Positions 18,199-28,437 of a DNA stretch of 64,000 nucleotides are shown here, piece after piece. A program made the position numbers and the translations under genes. Source of the stretch: Acidobacteriota bacterium (lineage in GTDB: Bacteria > Acidobacteriota > Vicinamibacteria > Vicinamibacterales > JAKQTR01). Numbering within the stretch: position 1 is the first letter of the stretch; each line of letters opens with the position of its first letter. The notes beneath the pieces were generated by a model, which did not search any database, was not told the DNA's origin, and saw only the letters and a list, made by a program, of their open reading frames with translations. Where the stretch lies: positions 134,096-198,095 of the forward strand of contig JAPKZO010000039.1 in the NCBI GenBank assembly GCA_026393755.1, written 5' to 3'.

Positions 18199-20502
18199 TT
18201 ACCTCGCGCCAACCGGGGCCGGCGGCACCATCCGGCCGACCGATGCCTGCAGGTCGGTCGACACGGCGGTGATGGCCGCCAGGTTGACGATCTCGGCGAC
18301 GGTCATGCCGTGCTGCAGCACGTTGATGGGCTTTCTCATGCCCATCAGGATTGGCCCGATCGCGTCGGCGTTCCCGAGGCGCTGCACCAGCTTGTAGCCG
18401 ATGTTGCCGGACGTCAGGTCCGGGAACACCAGCACGTTGGCGTCGCCCTTGATGCGCGAGTGCGGGTAGTTCTTCTCGACGATTTCCTCGACGACGGCCG
18501 TGTCGAGGTGCATTTCCCCGTCAACGACCAATCCCGGGAACTTCTTGCGGACGATCTCGACCGCGTCGGCCACCTTCTTGGAAATCGGGTGCGGCACCGA
18601 TCCGAAGCTCGAAAACGCCAGCATGGCAACCTTCGGATCCGTGTCGAAGGTGCGGGCCAGATCGGCGGCGAGACCGGCAATCTCGGCCAGTTCCTCGGCG
18701 GTCGGCTGGATATTGACCATCGTATCGGCGCAGAAGAAGATGCGGTCCTTCAGCACCAGCAGGTGCGCCGCCGACACGCGCGACACCCCGGGCTTGAGGC
18801 CCACGATCTGGATGGCCGGCCGGATCGTCTCGGGGTACGCCTTGAACATGCCGCCGACGTACCCATCGGCATCGCCGTTGTGGACCATCATCAGCCCGTA
18901 GATGGTGGGATCGCGGACCATGTCCAGCGCCGCCAACAGCGTCACGCCCTTGCGCTGGCGCAGTTGGTACAGCGACTCGGCGTAGGCCTGTTCGTTCTTC
19001 TCGTTGGGCACGTCGACCATTTCGAAGTCGACCTGATCGATGCCCAGCCGATGCGCTCTCGCGAGGATCTCGGTCTTCCGGCCCAGCAGCACCGGCATCG
19101 CAATGTGCTGATCGATGATGTCGCGCGCGGCGCGGATAATCGAATCGTGTTCGCCTTCGGGGAACACGATCCGGCGCGGCTTGTCCGTGCGGGCCTTGCG
19201 CGTCACGAAGTGCATGATCTTGCGCGACGGCCCCAGCAGCCGTTCGAGCGTTTCGCGGTACGCATCCCAGTCGGTGATGGGCTTACGCGCCACGCCGGTG
19301 TCGCAGGCGGCCTTGGCGACGGCGGATGCCTCCCAGGTCAGCACCCGCGGATCGAACGGCTTCGGAATGAGGTACTCGCGGCCAAACGACATCGCGTCAA
19401 CGCCGTAGGCCTTCAGCACGACCTCGGGCACATCCTCCTTCGCCAGCGCCGCCAGGGCGCGCGCCGCCGCCATCTTCATCTCGTTGTTGATCGCCGTGGC
19501 CCGCACATCGAGGGCGCCGCGGAAGATGAACGGGAACCCCAGGACGTTGTTGACCTGGTTCGGATAGTCGGACCGGCCGCTGGCCATGATGACGTCCTTG
19601 CGGGTCGCCAGCGCCAGTTGGTACTCGATTTCCGGATCAGGGTTCGCCATCGCGAAGACGATCGGATTCGCCGCCATCGTCTTCAGCATCTCGGGCGTGA
19701 CCAGGTCCTTGGCCGACACGCCCACGAAGACATCAGCGCCCTTCATGGCCTCTGTCAGCGTGCGGAGTTTCGTGTCGACGGCGAACCGCTGCTTGTAAGG
19801 GTTCATCTTCTCGGTTCGGCCGTTCCAGATCACGCCGACGGTATCGATGAAGAGGATGTTCTCCTTCTTGACGCCGAGGTTCAGGTACATCTCGGCGCAC
19901 GCGATGCCGGCCGCGCCGGCGCCCGTGAAGACGACCCTTACCTGATCGATCTTCTTATTGACGACCTCCAGCGCATTGACCAGCGCCGCACCCGAGATGA
20001 TCGCCGTCCCGTGCTGATCGTCGTGGAACACGGGGATGTTCATGATCTTCTTGAGCGCCTCCTCGATGTAGAAACACTCGGGCGCCTTGATGTCCTCGAG
20101 GTTGATGCCGCCGAACGTCGGCTCCAGCGCCTTGACGATCCTGACGATTTCGTCCGGATCGTGAGTGTTGACCTCGAGGTCGAACACGTCAACGCCCGCG
20201 AACCTCTTGAACAGCACGCCCTTGCCTTCCATCACCGGTTTGCCGGCCATGGCCCCGATGTCGCCCAGGCCCAGCACGGCCGTGCCGTTCGACACGACCG
20301 CCACCAGGTTGCCCTTGCCGGTAAAGCGGTAGGCTGCCTCGGGATCCTTCTCGATTTCGAGGCAGGGACGCGCGACCCAGGGCGTGTACGCGAGGGACAG
20401 GTCGCGCTGGGTCAGGCAGGGCTTCGAAGTGATGACTTCGAGCTTCCCCGGCCTTGGTTTCTCGTGGTACTCAAACACATCGTCGTCGCTGATCTTGATC
20501 AT
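18199..20502 (-). CDS. maeB: NADP-dependent malic enzyme with C-terminal phosphotransacetylase-like domain
   Basis: 767 aa. The N-terminal malic-enzyme domain ([34 protein letters not shown]) is followed by a roughly 330-aa PTA-like domain, which is the MaeB architecture. Confidence 0.9.
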   Translation of the reverse strand: MIKISDDDVFEYHEKPRPGKLEVITSKPCLTQRDLSLAYTPWVARPCLEIEKDPEAAYRFTGKGNLVAVVSNGTAVLGLGDIGAMAGKPVMEGKGVLFKRFAGVDVFDLEVNTHDPDEIVRIVKALEPTFGGINLEDIKAPECFYIEEALKKIMNIPVFHDDQHGTAIISGAALVNALEVVNKKIDQVRVVFTGAGAAGIACAEMYLNLGVKKENILFIDTVGVIWNGRTEKMNPYKQRFAVDTKLRTLTEAMKGADVFVGVSAKDLVTPEMLKTMAANPIVFAMANPDPEIEYQLALATRKDVIMASGRSDYPNQVNNVLGFPFIFRGALDVRATAINNEMKMAAARALAALAKEDVPEVVLKAYGVDAMSFGREYLIPKPFDPRVLTWEASAVAKAACDTGVARKPITDWDAYRETLERLLGPSRKIMHFVTRKARTDKPRRIVFPEGEHDSIIRAARDIIDQHIAMPVLLGRKTEILARAHRLGIDQVDFEMVDVPNEKNEQAYAESLYQLRQRKGVTLLAALDMVRDPTIYGLMMVHNGDADGYVGGMFKAYPETIRPAIQIVGLKPGVSRVSAAHLLVLKDRIFFCADTMVNIQPTAEELAEIAGLAADLARTFDTDPKVAMLAFSSFGSVPHPISKKVADAVEIVRKKFPGLVVDGEMHLDTAVVEEIVEKNYPHSRIKGDANVLVFPDLTSGNIGYKLVQRLGNADAIGPILMGMRKPINVLQHGMTVAEIVNLAAITAVSTDLQASVGRMVPPAPVGAR

Positions 20503-20719
20503 GACAGTGGCCTCACCTGGAACCTGATGAGCAAAGAACGCTTCCGCGGGGGACGTTAGGAAGTGATGGCGGCCGGCCCCTATGCCTCCAGCCGAAGAAT
20601 GGCGCTGTATAGATTATCCCATCTCGAGCGGATCAGACAAAGGCACGGACGACCGCGAAGCCGACCCCGCCACACGCATGTCGCACCGTGGCGCTGATCA
20701 ACCGAGGCGCGGGCCAGGG

Positions 20720-22045
20720 TCACGCGGCTGCCGGCGACGAGCCAGACCGCGGCGCCGGGGTGCCACGCCGGGTGATCTTGCGCCCGCGGTACGACCGGGC
20801 CAGCTCCATGAATACATCGAGGTCTCGATCGAGATTGGCCCGGACGCCATCGAAGTAGGTATTGCGAATCGGAATGTCATCGTGGTCCGCGCTGACGCGC
20901 GGGTACACGGCCTCGGTCACGATGCCATTCATGCACGTGAACGGCGACACATCAACCACGCCGTCGCAGCCCTGACGGTAGTAGCACACGGCCTTGCCCA
21001 CGCTCAGGGTCATCTCCCCAAGCGCTCCTGTATGCGGCAGGTAGGGCTGTGATGCCTCGAGCACCTCGCGGATCGATGGCTCTTCGTACCCTCGAAGCTC
21101 CTCCCTGAACACCCGATACAGCCGGTGCTCGTCGCGCCCCTGGACGAAGTCCGAGATCTTGGCCCCCAACATGGCTTTCGAGAACCGGAGGCCCTTCCGG
21201 CGCAACCGCTTCTGGTGCTCCTCGTTGGTGTACCGCACCCACTCGACAAGGGGGGCAAGCACGCACTCGCCGCCCAGGTCCTCGATTTTTCGGATGAGCG
21301 TGTTGTTGGCGAACGGAGTCAATCGACAGTAAATCTCGCCGAGCACCCCGATGAGCACCCGGTCGCCAGCCTGGCGGGTCGCGATCTGCTGAAACTGCCG
21401 GCGCGCGCCCGCCAGCGCGGCCTCGAGTTGCTGCATCCGGATCGTGTGGGTCACTCCGGGACGCTCCAGCACGCGTGCGACGTTCGCGATCGCATCATCA
21501 TGCACTCGATCCGTGTCGCCCCTGGTGACCTCGTAGGGCCGAGTCCGGTGGACCATCGCTCGCAGAACGTCCGCACACACCAGGCCGCGAAGGGCGGTGC
21601 GCATCAACTCGCGCGCATGAACGCCGATCCCTCCGTACCCGTCCCGGCTGCTGGGTGAGAAAACCGTCACTTGGTCGAGTGCGAGGTGCTTGAGGACGCC
21701 CGTGATATACGGCGCGTACTGGCCGAACCGGCATGGCCCGTCGGCCGTCGTCATGAAAAAGGCTGTTCGCTCCGGTACGAACCCCGGCTGTTCGGTGACC
21801 TTCAGGAAGTTCCCGAGCGTGATCTTGGCGGGCAGGCACTCCTCGCCAGAGGTGTGGCGCCCCCCGAGTTCCAGGGTCCGCTGATCGCTTTCCGGACAGA
21901 TCTCGGCGTCGACCCCCACGCTGCGGAACGCCGCAGCGAACGCGATCGACGAGCCGCGGCCCATTTCCGGGATCCACAACTTGCGCCCGGCCAGCGGACC
22001 GCCCGGTTGATCGACTGGTGTGCCAGGACGCTCGCCTGTGCTCAC
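20720..22045 (-). CDS. DUF2229-type subunit of an acyl-CoA-dehydratase-activase-related system
   Basis: Contains GPCRFGQY, GEIYCRL and SPFTCMNG, blocks typical of the C-terminal part of large 'activase-related' proteins. The GTG start at 22045 overlaps the upstream stop (GTGA), and ATG 22081 is the alternative. Confidence 0.75.
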   Translation of the reverse strand: MSTGERPGTPVDQPGGPLAGRKLWIPEMGRGSSIAFAAAFRSVGVDAEICPESDQRTLELGGRHTSGEECLPAKITLGNFLKVTEQPGFVPERTAFFMTTADGPCRFGQYAPYITGVLKHLALDQVTVFSPSSRDGYGGIGVHARELMRTALRGLVCADVLRAMVHRTRPYEVTRGDTDRVHDDAIANVARVLERPGVTHTIRMQQLEAALAGARRQFQQIATRQAGDRVLIGVLGEIYCRLTPFANNTLIRKIEDLGGECVLAPLVEWVRYTNEEHQKRLRRKGLRFSKAMLGAKISDFVQGRDEHRLYRVFREELRGYEEPSIREVLEASQPYLPHTGALGEMTLSVGKAVCYYRQGCDGVVDVSPFTCMNGIVTEAVYPRVSADHDDIPIRNTYFDGVRANLDRDLDVFMELARSYRGRKITRRGTPAPRSGSSPAAA

Positions 22046-25000
22046 TGCAGAACCCCCTTGCTCTCCAGGTACGCCTCGCACCGCGTCAGGATGCCCGCGT
22101 CGTTGTTGTGGCCGTCGAACTGCAGTGTCAGAAACGGCCTCCCGGATACGTCAAGCACCCCGTGCTTGACGTACGAATCGGGTCCGCACTTGAAGTTGGT
22201 GATGTAGATGAGGTGGAGATTGGGCCGGTCGCGCGTGAAGGAGGCGGCCGCCAGGACACGGGCGCCCGAATGCCAGTACATCGTGTCCTCGTGCCACCGC
22301 TGGCCATCCGCCTCCGCGGCGAGGAAATCGAATCCCAGGACGTTGGCGCCGTAATATTTCCTGAGCTTGGTCGCCACATCGAGGCTGACGCCACGGTCGT
22401 AGATGTTGTAGGACCGGCCGAGCAGGACCACGCCAGGCTCGCCCGTCTCGTCGAGCGTCGCGAGAGCCCGTCGGCCAGCCTCGGCGATCGATGACTGGAA
22501 CTGACCCATCGCCTCGAACCCCACTCGGACAGCCCGCTGAACCTGACGGGCGCGCCAGCGAAGGCCGATCGCCCCGAACGCCTCCGCGAGCGACGCCGCC
22601 ACCACAGCAGCGCCGCCATTGAACCAGAGTGTCGGCGCAACCACCTTGTGCCGATGCTCGAAGATGAACGGCGCCGCGCGCACCACAAACGGCAGTGTCT
22701 GGTTCCAGGGACAGAAGAAGGACGGCTTCTCCTGTGGATCCCCGGGCGCGGAGATGCTGTTGGGCACAAACACGAAGTCGACGCCCTTCTCCAGCAGCGA
22801 ACGGATGTGACCGTGAGCGACCTGCACCGGAAAACACGGCTCGGCCACGGTCGCCTCGAGGCCGCGTTTCGCGATTTGATTGTTCGTCGGCTCCGAAAGC
22901 AGGACCCGAACGTCGAGCTCCTTGAACACCGCCAGCCAGAACGGGGCCCAGTCATACGTCGAAAGGCAGAACGGCAGTCCGACGACCGGACCGCTGCCCG
23001 CTTCAGGGTTGTACGTCGCGATCAATTCGCGCTCCCGAAACGACACGAGATCCTCGATGGCCGGCTGGCGATCGGACCGGGCGGCCTTGCGGTAGCGCAC
23101 GGCGCACTTGTCACCCCAGTAGGTCTGTTCCCCGTCGATCGTAAAGCGCTGCATCTGGCACTCGTTCGTGCATCCCTTGCAGGTGAACTCGGACATGTCG
23201 TAGTCCACCTGGTCGATCGCAAATCCCCGGAACGACGTCGGACGGCCGTCCCTCATCTTCTCCCGCGCCAGGTGCGCAACCCCCAGCGCGCCGATGACGC
23301 CGTTGAACGGGGGCACGATGACGCGCTTGCCGATGATGGCACTTATGGCCGCGGCGACGGCATCGTTGTAGGCCGTGCCGCCCTGGAAGAAGACGACCTC
23401 GCCAATCCGCCGGCCCCGGACGACCCGGTTGATGTAGTTGGTGGCCACCGACAGGGCCAGTCCCGCGACGACGTCCTTGAGCTCCGCCCCGTCACGCAGA
23501 CGGTTGTTGACGTCGCGCTCCATGAACACGGTGCAGCGCTCTCCGAGCTGGATGGGAGCGTCGCTCGACATCGCCAACGCCGCGAATTCGCCTTCTATCC
23601 GAATGCCCAGCTCCTTTGCGCGCTCCTCGAGGAAGCTGCCCGTGCCCGCGGCGCACGCCTCGTTCATCGCGAAGTCGACGACGATGCCATCCTGCAGACC
23701 GATGAACTTCGCGTCCTGGCCGCCAATTTCGAAGATCGTGTCAACGCCAAGGCCGAGCAGGGTCTTGTCCAGGATCACCGCTCCGGTCTTATGAGCCGTG
23801 ATCTCGTCCTTGACGGCGTCGGCGCCGATCAGCTCCGCGATCAGTTCCCGTCCAGACCCGGTGGTCCCGACGCCGCAAATGCGAATCCGATCACCGAGCG
23901 CTTCCTGGATCCCGCGCAGCCCGCTGGCCACCACTTCGATCGGCCGGGCGTTGGTGCGTAGGTACATCTCCTTCAGCACGGCGCCGTCGCCGTCGATCAC
24001 GACCAGGTTCGTACTGACAGACCCGATGTCGATGCCGAGATAGGCGTCGACCGTGCCGCGCAGTTCCTCGGTCGGCTTCGCGGTCAGTTGCTCCCGCAAC
24101 AGCAGGACATTGTCGAGCGTCAGCGCGGGGGCGCGCGGAAACTGGTGGGTGCTCGGCGCATTCCCGGCCAGGACCAGTGAAGAGGCCGAACTGGCCGAGC
24201 CGCGGGCGCGGTCCGAGGCCAGCAGGGCGGCCCCGATGGCCCCGAACGAGGCGTGTTCAGGGGGAACCAGCAGTGTGCCAGGCTCCCATCCGAACACCCG
24301 CTCCAACGCTCGCGAGACTTCGCTGTTGGCCGCGACGCCGCCGACAAACGCGATGTCGCGTTCGAGCGAGCGCCCCCTGGTAATCGAGCTCTTGAAGTTG
24401 CGCGCAACGGCCTCGCACAGGCCCTTCAGGATCTCCTCGGGCGCGAAGCCCCGCTGCTGGGCATGCACCATGTCGCTCTTCGCGAACACCGAACAGCGTC
24501 CGGCGATCTGCGCGGTCCGCCGCGCCGTGCTCGCGATCTGCCCGGTGTCCTCGATGCGGAACTGAAGCCGGCCAGCCTGCTGATCAAGGAATGCCCCGGT
24601 GCCAGCCGCGCAGTCACCATTCGTGTTGAAATCCGAAATCCGGAGCCGGCCACCCTCGCCGTGGTTGTCGAAGCGGACGTACTTCGACGTCTCACCCCCG
24701 ATCTCAAACAGGGTCCGCACGCCCGGCAGCAAGGCCTCGACGGCCCGCGCGACGACCCGGACCTCGCTCACCGGCTCGATCTGGAACGCCCGAGCGAGCA
24801 TCTCGGCGCCGGCGCCCGTGCCGGCGATCGAACCAAGGGCGGCCCGGCCGATACCGCCGAGCAGGCGTTCGAGGGTCGCGTGCGCCTGCGCCGCAGGGGC
24901 GCCGGATATCCGCACATAGGGACCGACGCAGAGCCGGCCATGGCCAACCGACTCGTTGTGCAGCGGGCGCGGTGGCTGAAACCCGTGGTTGTCCGTCAGG

Positions 25001-25092
25001 CGCTGAAGGTACTCGGCATCCTCAGGCGCGTCCGAGAACACCGCAGTGTTAATGCTGACCGACCCGACATCGATCCCGATATGTATCGCCAT
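22042..25092 (-). CDS. Double BcrA/BadF/HgdC-type ATPase ('CoA-enzyme activase') fused to an HgdB/DUF2229-like domain
   Basis: ATG at 25092 (MAIHIGIDVGSVS). There are two ASKHA ATPase modules, each with a cluster-bridging Cys motif (GDCAAGTGAFLDQQA / RCSVFAKSD, and NEACAAGTGSFLEERA / RCTVFMERD). The second module starts at AYLGIDIGSVSTN. The Cys-rich segment FTCKGCTNECQ follows. Confidence 0.85.
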   Translation of the reverse strand: MAIHIGIDVGSVSINTAVFSDAPEDAEYLQRLTDNHGFQPPRPLHNESVGHGRLCVGPYVRISGAPAAQAHATLERLLGGIGRAALGSIAGTGAGAEMLARAFQIEPVSEVRVVARAVEALLPGVRTLFEIGGETSKYVRFDNHGEGGRLRISDFNTNGDCAAGTGAFLDQQAGRLQFRIEDTGQIASTARRTAQIAGRCSVFAKSDMVHAQQRGFAPEEILKGLCEAVARNFKSSITRGRSLERDIAFVGGVAANSEVSRALERVFGWEPGTLLVPPEHASFGAIGAALLASDRARGSASSASSLVLAGNAPSTHQFPRAPALTLDNVLLLREQLTAKPTEELRGTVDAYLGIDIGSVSTNLVVIDGDGAVLKEMYLRTNARPIEVVASGLRGIQEALGDRIRICGVGTTGSGRELIAELIGADAVKDEITAHKTGAVILDKTLLGLGVDTIFEIGGQDAKFIGLQDGIVVDFAMNEACAAGTGSFLEERAKELGIRIEGEFAALAMSSDAPIQLGERCTVFMERDVNNRLRDGAELKDVVAGLALSVATNYINRVVRGRRIGEVVFFQGGTAYNDAVAAAISAIIGKRVIVPPFNGVIGALGVAHLAREKMRDGRPTSFRGFAIDQVDYDMSEFTCKGCTNECQMQRFTIDGEQTYWGDKCAVRYRKAARSDRQPAIEDLVSFRERELIATYNPEAGSGPVVGLPFCLSTYDWAPFWLAVFKELDVRVLLSEPTNNQIAKRGLEATVAEPCFPVQVAHGHIRSLLEKGVDFVFVPNSISAPGDPQEKPSFFCPWNQTLPFVVRAAPFIFEHRHKVVAPTLWFNGGAAVVAASLAEAFGAIGLRWRARQVQRAVRVGFEAMGQFQSSIAEAGRRALATLDETGEPGVVLLGRSYNIYDRGVSLDVATKLRKYYGANVLGFDFLAAEADGQRWHEDTMYWHSGARVLAAASFTRDRPNLHLIYITNFKCGPDSYVKHGVLDVSGRPFLTLQFDGHNNDAGILTRCEAYLESKGVLQ

Positions 25093-25393
25093 GGGGCTGA
25101 GGCAGATTCCAAACAGTGTGACATGGTGTCGACACGAGATTTCGCGGCCACCGGTTCTAATTATCATACCAGAACCGTCCGGAATCCCCTGTCGATGTTC
25201 CGCACCGCCCGGGTCGGCCAACCTCCCGGTTCAACCTCCCGGTTCTTGACACCACGATCGGCTTGGACGCACGATGGGTGTGGGCCGCGGCTCACCCGAT
25301 CCGCCCGCGCCCCCGAGAGAACGGCGGACGAACGCCCCCTGATACCTCCCCCGGCCGAAAACACGCCGCACCGGGCACGACGAAAGGCCCACG

Positions 25394-27121
25394 ATGAAGA
25401 CGTTTGCCATCAAGGTCGATCCGCTCACCAACGAGGAATACTGGGAAGTGTTCCTGCGCGGCCAGCAACTGCTCAGCGATCCCCTGCTCAACAAGGCGTC
25501 CGCCTTCACCGAAGAGGAGCGGATCGCGCTCGACCTGGTGGGCCTGCTGCGGTCTGGCGTGTCTGAACTCGACATGCAGGAACAGCGCACGCTGGAAGCC
25601 TACCGGCGCAAGCCCGGGGACGATCTGGAGAAGTACATCTATCTCCAGGGCCTGATGGATCGGAACGAAGTCCTGTTCTACCGCCTGCTGGTGAACAACC
25701 TCCCCGAAATGCTCCCCATCATCTACACGCCGACGGTTGGCCAGGCCTGCCTGCAATTGAGCAAGATCACGCGGCGGTACCGCGGCGTTTACATCAGCCC
25801 CGAGAGCGTCGGCCGCATCGATCAGATGCTGCAGAGCCTCTCGCTGCCGAGCGTCAACCTGATTGTCGTCACCGACGGCGAGCGCATCCTGGGACTGGGC
25901 GATCTGGGGTCCGACGGCATGGGCATCCCGGTCGGCAAGGTCAAGCTCTACGTCGCCGCCGGGGGCCTGCATCCGGCCTGCTGCCTCCCGGTCTGCCTCG
26001 ACGTGGGCACCAACAACGAGGCGCTCCTGAACGACCCGCTCTATCTCGGGTGGAAGCACCCGCGGCTCGATGGCGACGAGTATTGGGATTTCGTCGAAAA
26101 GTTCGTGCTGGGCGTGAAGCGCAACCTCCCCGAGGCGCTGGTCCAGTGGGAGGATTTCGCGAAACACAAGGCGTTCACGCTGCTCGAACGCTACCAGGAG
26201 CGCCTCCTCTCGTTCGACGACGACATCCAGGGCACCGGCGCCGTGGCGATTGCGTCGATCATGACGGCGATGCGCATCAAGAAGAGCCGCATCAGCGACG
26301 AGCGATTCGTGAGTGCCGGCATGGGCCAGGCCGGCGTCGGGATCGCGATGAACATCCGCACGCTGATGAAGGCCTCTGGACTGAACGACGAGGAAATCCG
26401 GCGCCGCATCTTCGCCATCGACGTCCCGGGCTTGCTGATGCACGACACTCCCGGCCTGTCGAAGTGGCAGAAGCCTTTCGCCCAGGATCGCGAGACGGTC
26501 GCCGGGTGGACGCTTCACTCCCAGGGCCGGATTGATCTGCTCGACGTCGTCACCAACGCGCACCCCACGGTGGTGGTCGGCGTGACCGCCCAACCCGGCC
26601 TCTTCAGCCAGGACATCCTGTCGGCGATCGCCCGGAGGGAGCGGCGGCCTGTCGTGCTGGTGCTCTCCAACCCGACGAGCAAGTCGGAGTGCACGCCAGA
26701 CGATGTGGCGCGCGCCACCGATGGACACGGCCTGATCGCGACGGGCAGTCCGTTCCCAGACACGTCGTGGGAGGGGCGGACCATCACGACGTCGCAGTGC
26801 AACAACCTCTACATGTTCCCGGGCGTGGGCCTTGGCGCGCTGGTCGCGAAAGCGCCCAAGGTGACCCATGCCATGTTCTTTGCCGCCAGCCGGGCGCTCT
26901 CCGCCATGGTGACGCCGGCCCAGGAACAACAGGGCTGTCTCCTCCCGCCGATGGACGACATCAGGGCGGTGTCGCGGGTGATCGCGAAGGCGGTCGCCAT
27001 CGAGGCACGCGACGCCGGGCTGGGGCGGCTCATGGACGATCAGAAGATCAGTTCCGTGATTGCGCAGGCACAATGGGAACCCGGTTACGCGCCATATCGG
27101 CCTGGGCGGCTGATCTGGTGA
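25394..27121 (+). CDS. maeA: NAD-dependent malic enzyme (large SfcA/MaeA type)
   Basis: 575 aa with LLNKASAFTEEER, IYTPTVGQAC, VTDGERILGLGDLG, FDDDIQGTGAV, GMGQAGVGIA, LSNPTSKSECT. Confidence 0.9.
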   Translation: MKTFAIKVDPLTNEEYWEVFLRGQQLLSDPLLNKASAFTEEERIALDLVGLLRSGVSELDMQEQRTLEAYRRKPGDDLEKYIYLQGLMDRNEVLFYRLLVNNLPEMLPIIYTPTVGQACLQLSKITRRYRGVYISPESVGRIDQMLQSLSLPSVNLIVVTDGERILGLGDLGSDGMGIPVGKVKLYVAAGGLHPACCLPVCLDVGTNNEALLNDPLYLGWKHPRLDGDEYWDFVEKFVLGVKRNLPEALVQWEDFAKHKAFTLLERYQERLLSFDDDIQGTGAVAIASIMTAMRIKKSRISDERFVSAGMGQAGVGIAMNIRTLMKASGLNDEEIRRRIFAIDVPGLLMHDTPGLSKWQKPFAQDRETVAGWTLHSQGRIDLLDVVTNAHPTVVVGVTAQPGLFSQDILSAIARRERRPVVLVLSNPTSKSECTPDDVARATDGHGLIATGSPFPDTSWEGRTITTSQCNNLYMFPGVGLGALVAKAPKVTHAMFFAASRALSAMVTPAQEQQGCLLPPMDDIRAVSRVIAKAVAIEARDAGLGRLMDDQKISSVIAQAQWEPGYAPYRPGRLIW

Positions 27122-27267
27122 GCCCCCCAGACAGACGCCGCTGCCCGCGGCGCGTGACGCGGTGTCGCTCGACCAGGTATGGTGTGACGCCCCCGGCTTT
27201 CTTCCGGTAGAATCCTACGAGTCTTGGGAGTATCGACGGCGTCCAGTTGGCTGGTGCGGCGCGACTC

Positions 27268-28437
27268 ATGAAGATCTGCATCGTCACTGAGTACTACTAT
27301 CCGCTCCTCGGCGGCATCAGCGAGCACGTCCATAATTCGGGCCTGCAGCTCGTCCGCCTGGGCCACGAGGTCTGGATCATCACGTCGAACCAGCCCCGGC
27401 GGGAGGAGACCGAGAAGTACTGGCCGGACGACAGTCCGTTCACCATCGTGCGGCTCGGCCGCGGTTGCCGCGTGCGCTCAAACGGCTCAGTGGCCGGCGT
27501 GACGCTGGGATTCAGGCGCCTGTGGGCGGACATGCGCGCCGTGATGCTGAGGGAGCGGTTCGACATCGTGCACGTCCACTCCCCCCTCGTCCCGACGCTG
27601 CCGGCGCTCGCGATCCTCGCGGCCCCAGGCCCAATAGTGGCGACGTTTCACAGCTCCTTCGGCTACTACCGGAGCTACTGGATCCTGCGGAAGGTGATCC
27701 AGAGCCAGTTCCTGGACAGGCTCAACGGACAGATCGCGGTATCACAAAGCTGCGTGCGCGCGCTCGAGCCGTACTTCCGGGTGAGCGCCCGGATTATCCC
27801 GAACGGTATCGACGTCGACGCGTTCTCACCGACTGCCCCGAAACTGTCGAAGTACGACGATGGCAAGCTGAATCTGCTCTTTCTGAGCCGAATCGAGCCG
27901 CGCACCGGGCTGGACGTGGTGCTCCGAGCCTTCGAGATCATCAAACGCCAGCGGCCCGACGTTCGCCTCATCGTGGTCGGCGATGGCCCGGGGCGCGCGG
28001 AGTACGAACGGAGCGTGCCGCGGGAGTACGCGCACGACGTCGAGTTCGTTGGCCGGGTGCTGGCCGAGCGCGCGTCGTACTACCGGACGGCCGACGTCTA
28101 TTGCGCCCCCATCAGCACGGCATCGTTCGGTATGACGCTGCTCGAGGCCATGGCGTCGGCGACGCCGATCGTCGCGACCGAGAACGACGGCTATCGCGAC
28201 CTGCTTGGGCCCGAAGAGGGCGTCCTGGTGCCGTACGGCAGCGCCCAGGCGTTTGCCGACGCGATTCTGCCGCTGCTGGCCGACAAGGACCTCCGCCTGC
28301 GGATGGGACGGGCCGGCATCGCGAAGGCCGCCGGCTATGCGTGGCCGAAGGTCGCCGGGCAGGTGGTCGCCTTCTACGAGGAGATCCTGAGCCGTTCTCG
28401 CGGAAGCCGGGAACGCCCCGCACACAGCCCCCGATGA
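27268..28437 (+). CDS. GT4-family glycosyltransferase (PimA-like)
   Basis: ATG at 27268 gives MKICIVTEYYYPLLGGISEHV. The C-terminal E(x)7E region reads FGMTLLEAMASATPIVAT. Confidence 0.85.
   Translation: MKICIVTEYYYPLLGGISEHVHNSGLQLVRLGHEVWIITSNQPRREETEKYWPDDSPFTIVRLGRGCRVRSNGSVAGVTLGFRRLWADMRAVMLRERFDIVHVHSPLVPTLPALAILAAPGPIVATFHSSFGYYRSYWILRKVIQSQFLDRLNGQIAVSQSCVRALEPYFRVSARIIPNGIDVDAFSPTAPKLSKYDDGKLNLLFLSRIEPRTGLDVVLRAFEIIKRQRPDVRLIVVGDGPGRAEYERSVPREYAHDVEFVGRVLAERASYYRTADVYCAPISTASFGMTLLEAMASATPIVATENDGYRDLLGPEEGVLVPYGSAQAFADAILPLLADKDLRLRMGRAGIAKAAGYAWPKVAGQVVAFYEEILSRSRGSRERPAHSPR

Noticed and set aside
18310-20559. 749-aa plus-strand ORF opposite maeB, with similar shadows 25292..27073 (-), 39856..41439 (+), 44345..45502 (+), 33932..35179 (-), 3049..4806 (-), 10530..12173 (-), 22648..23961 (+) and 24253..25566 (+)
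   Set aside because: All lie antisense to or out of frame with genes that carry strong family signatures. No motifs are present, and the composition is biased as expected from GC3 skew.
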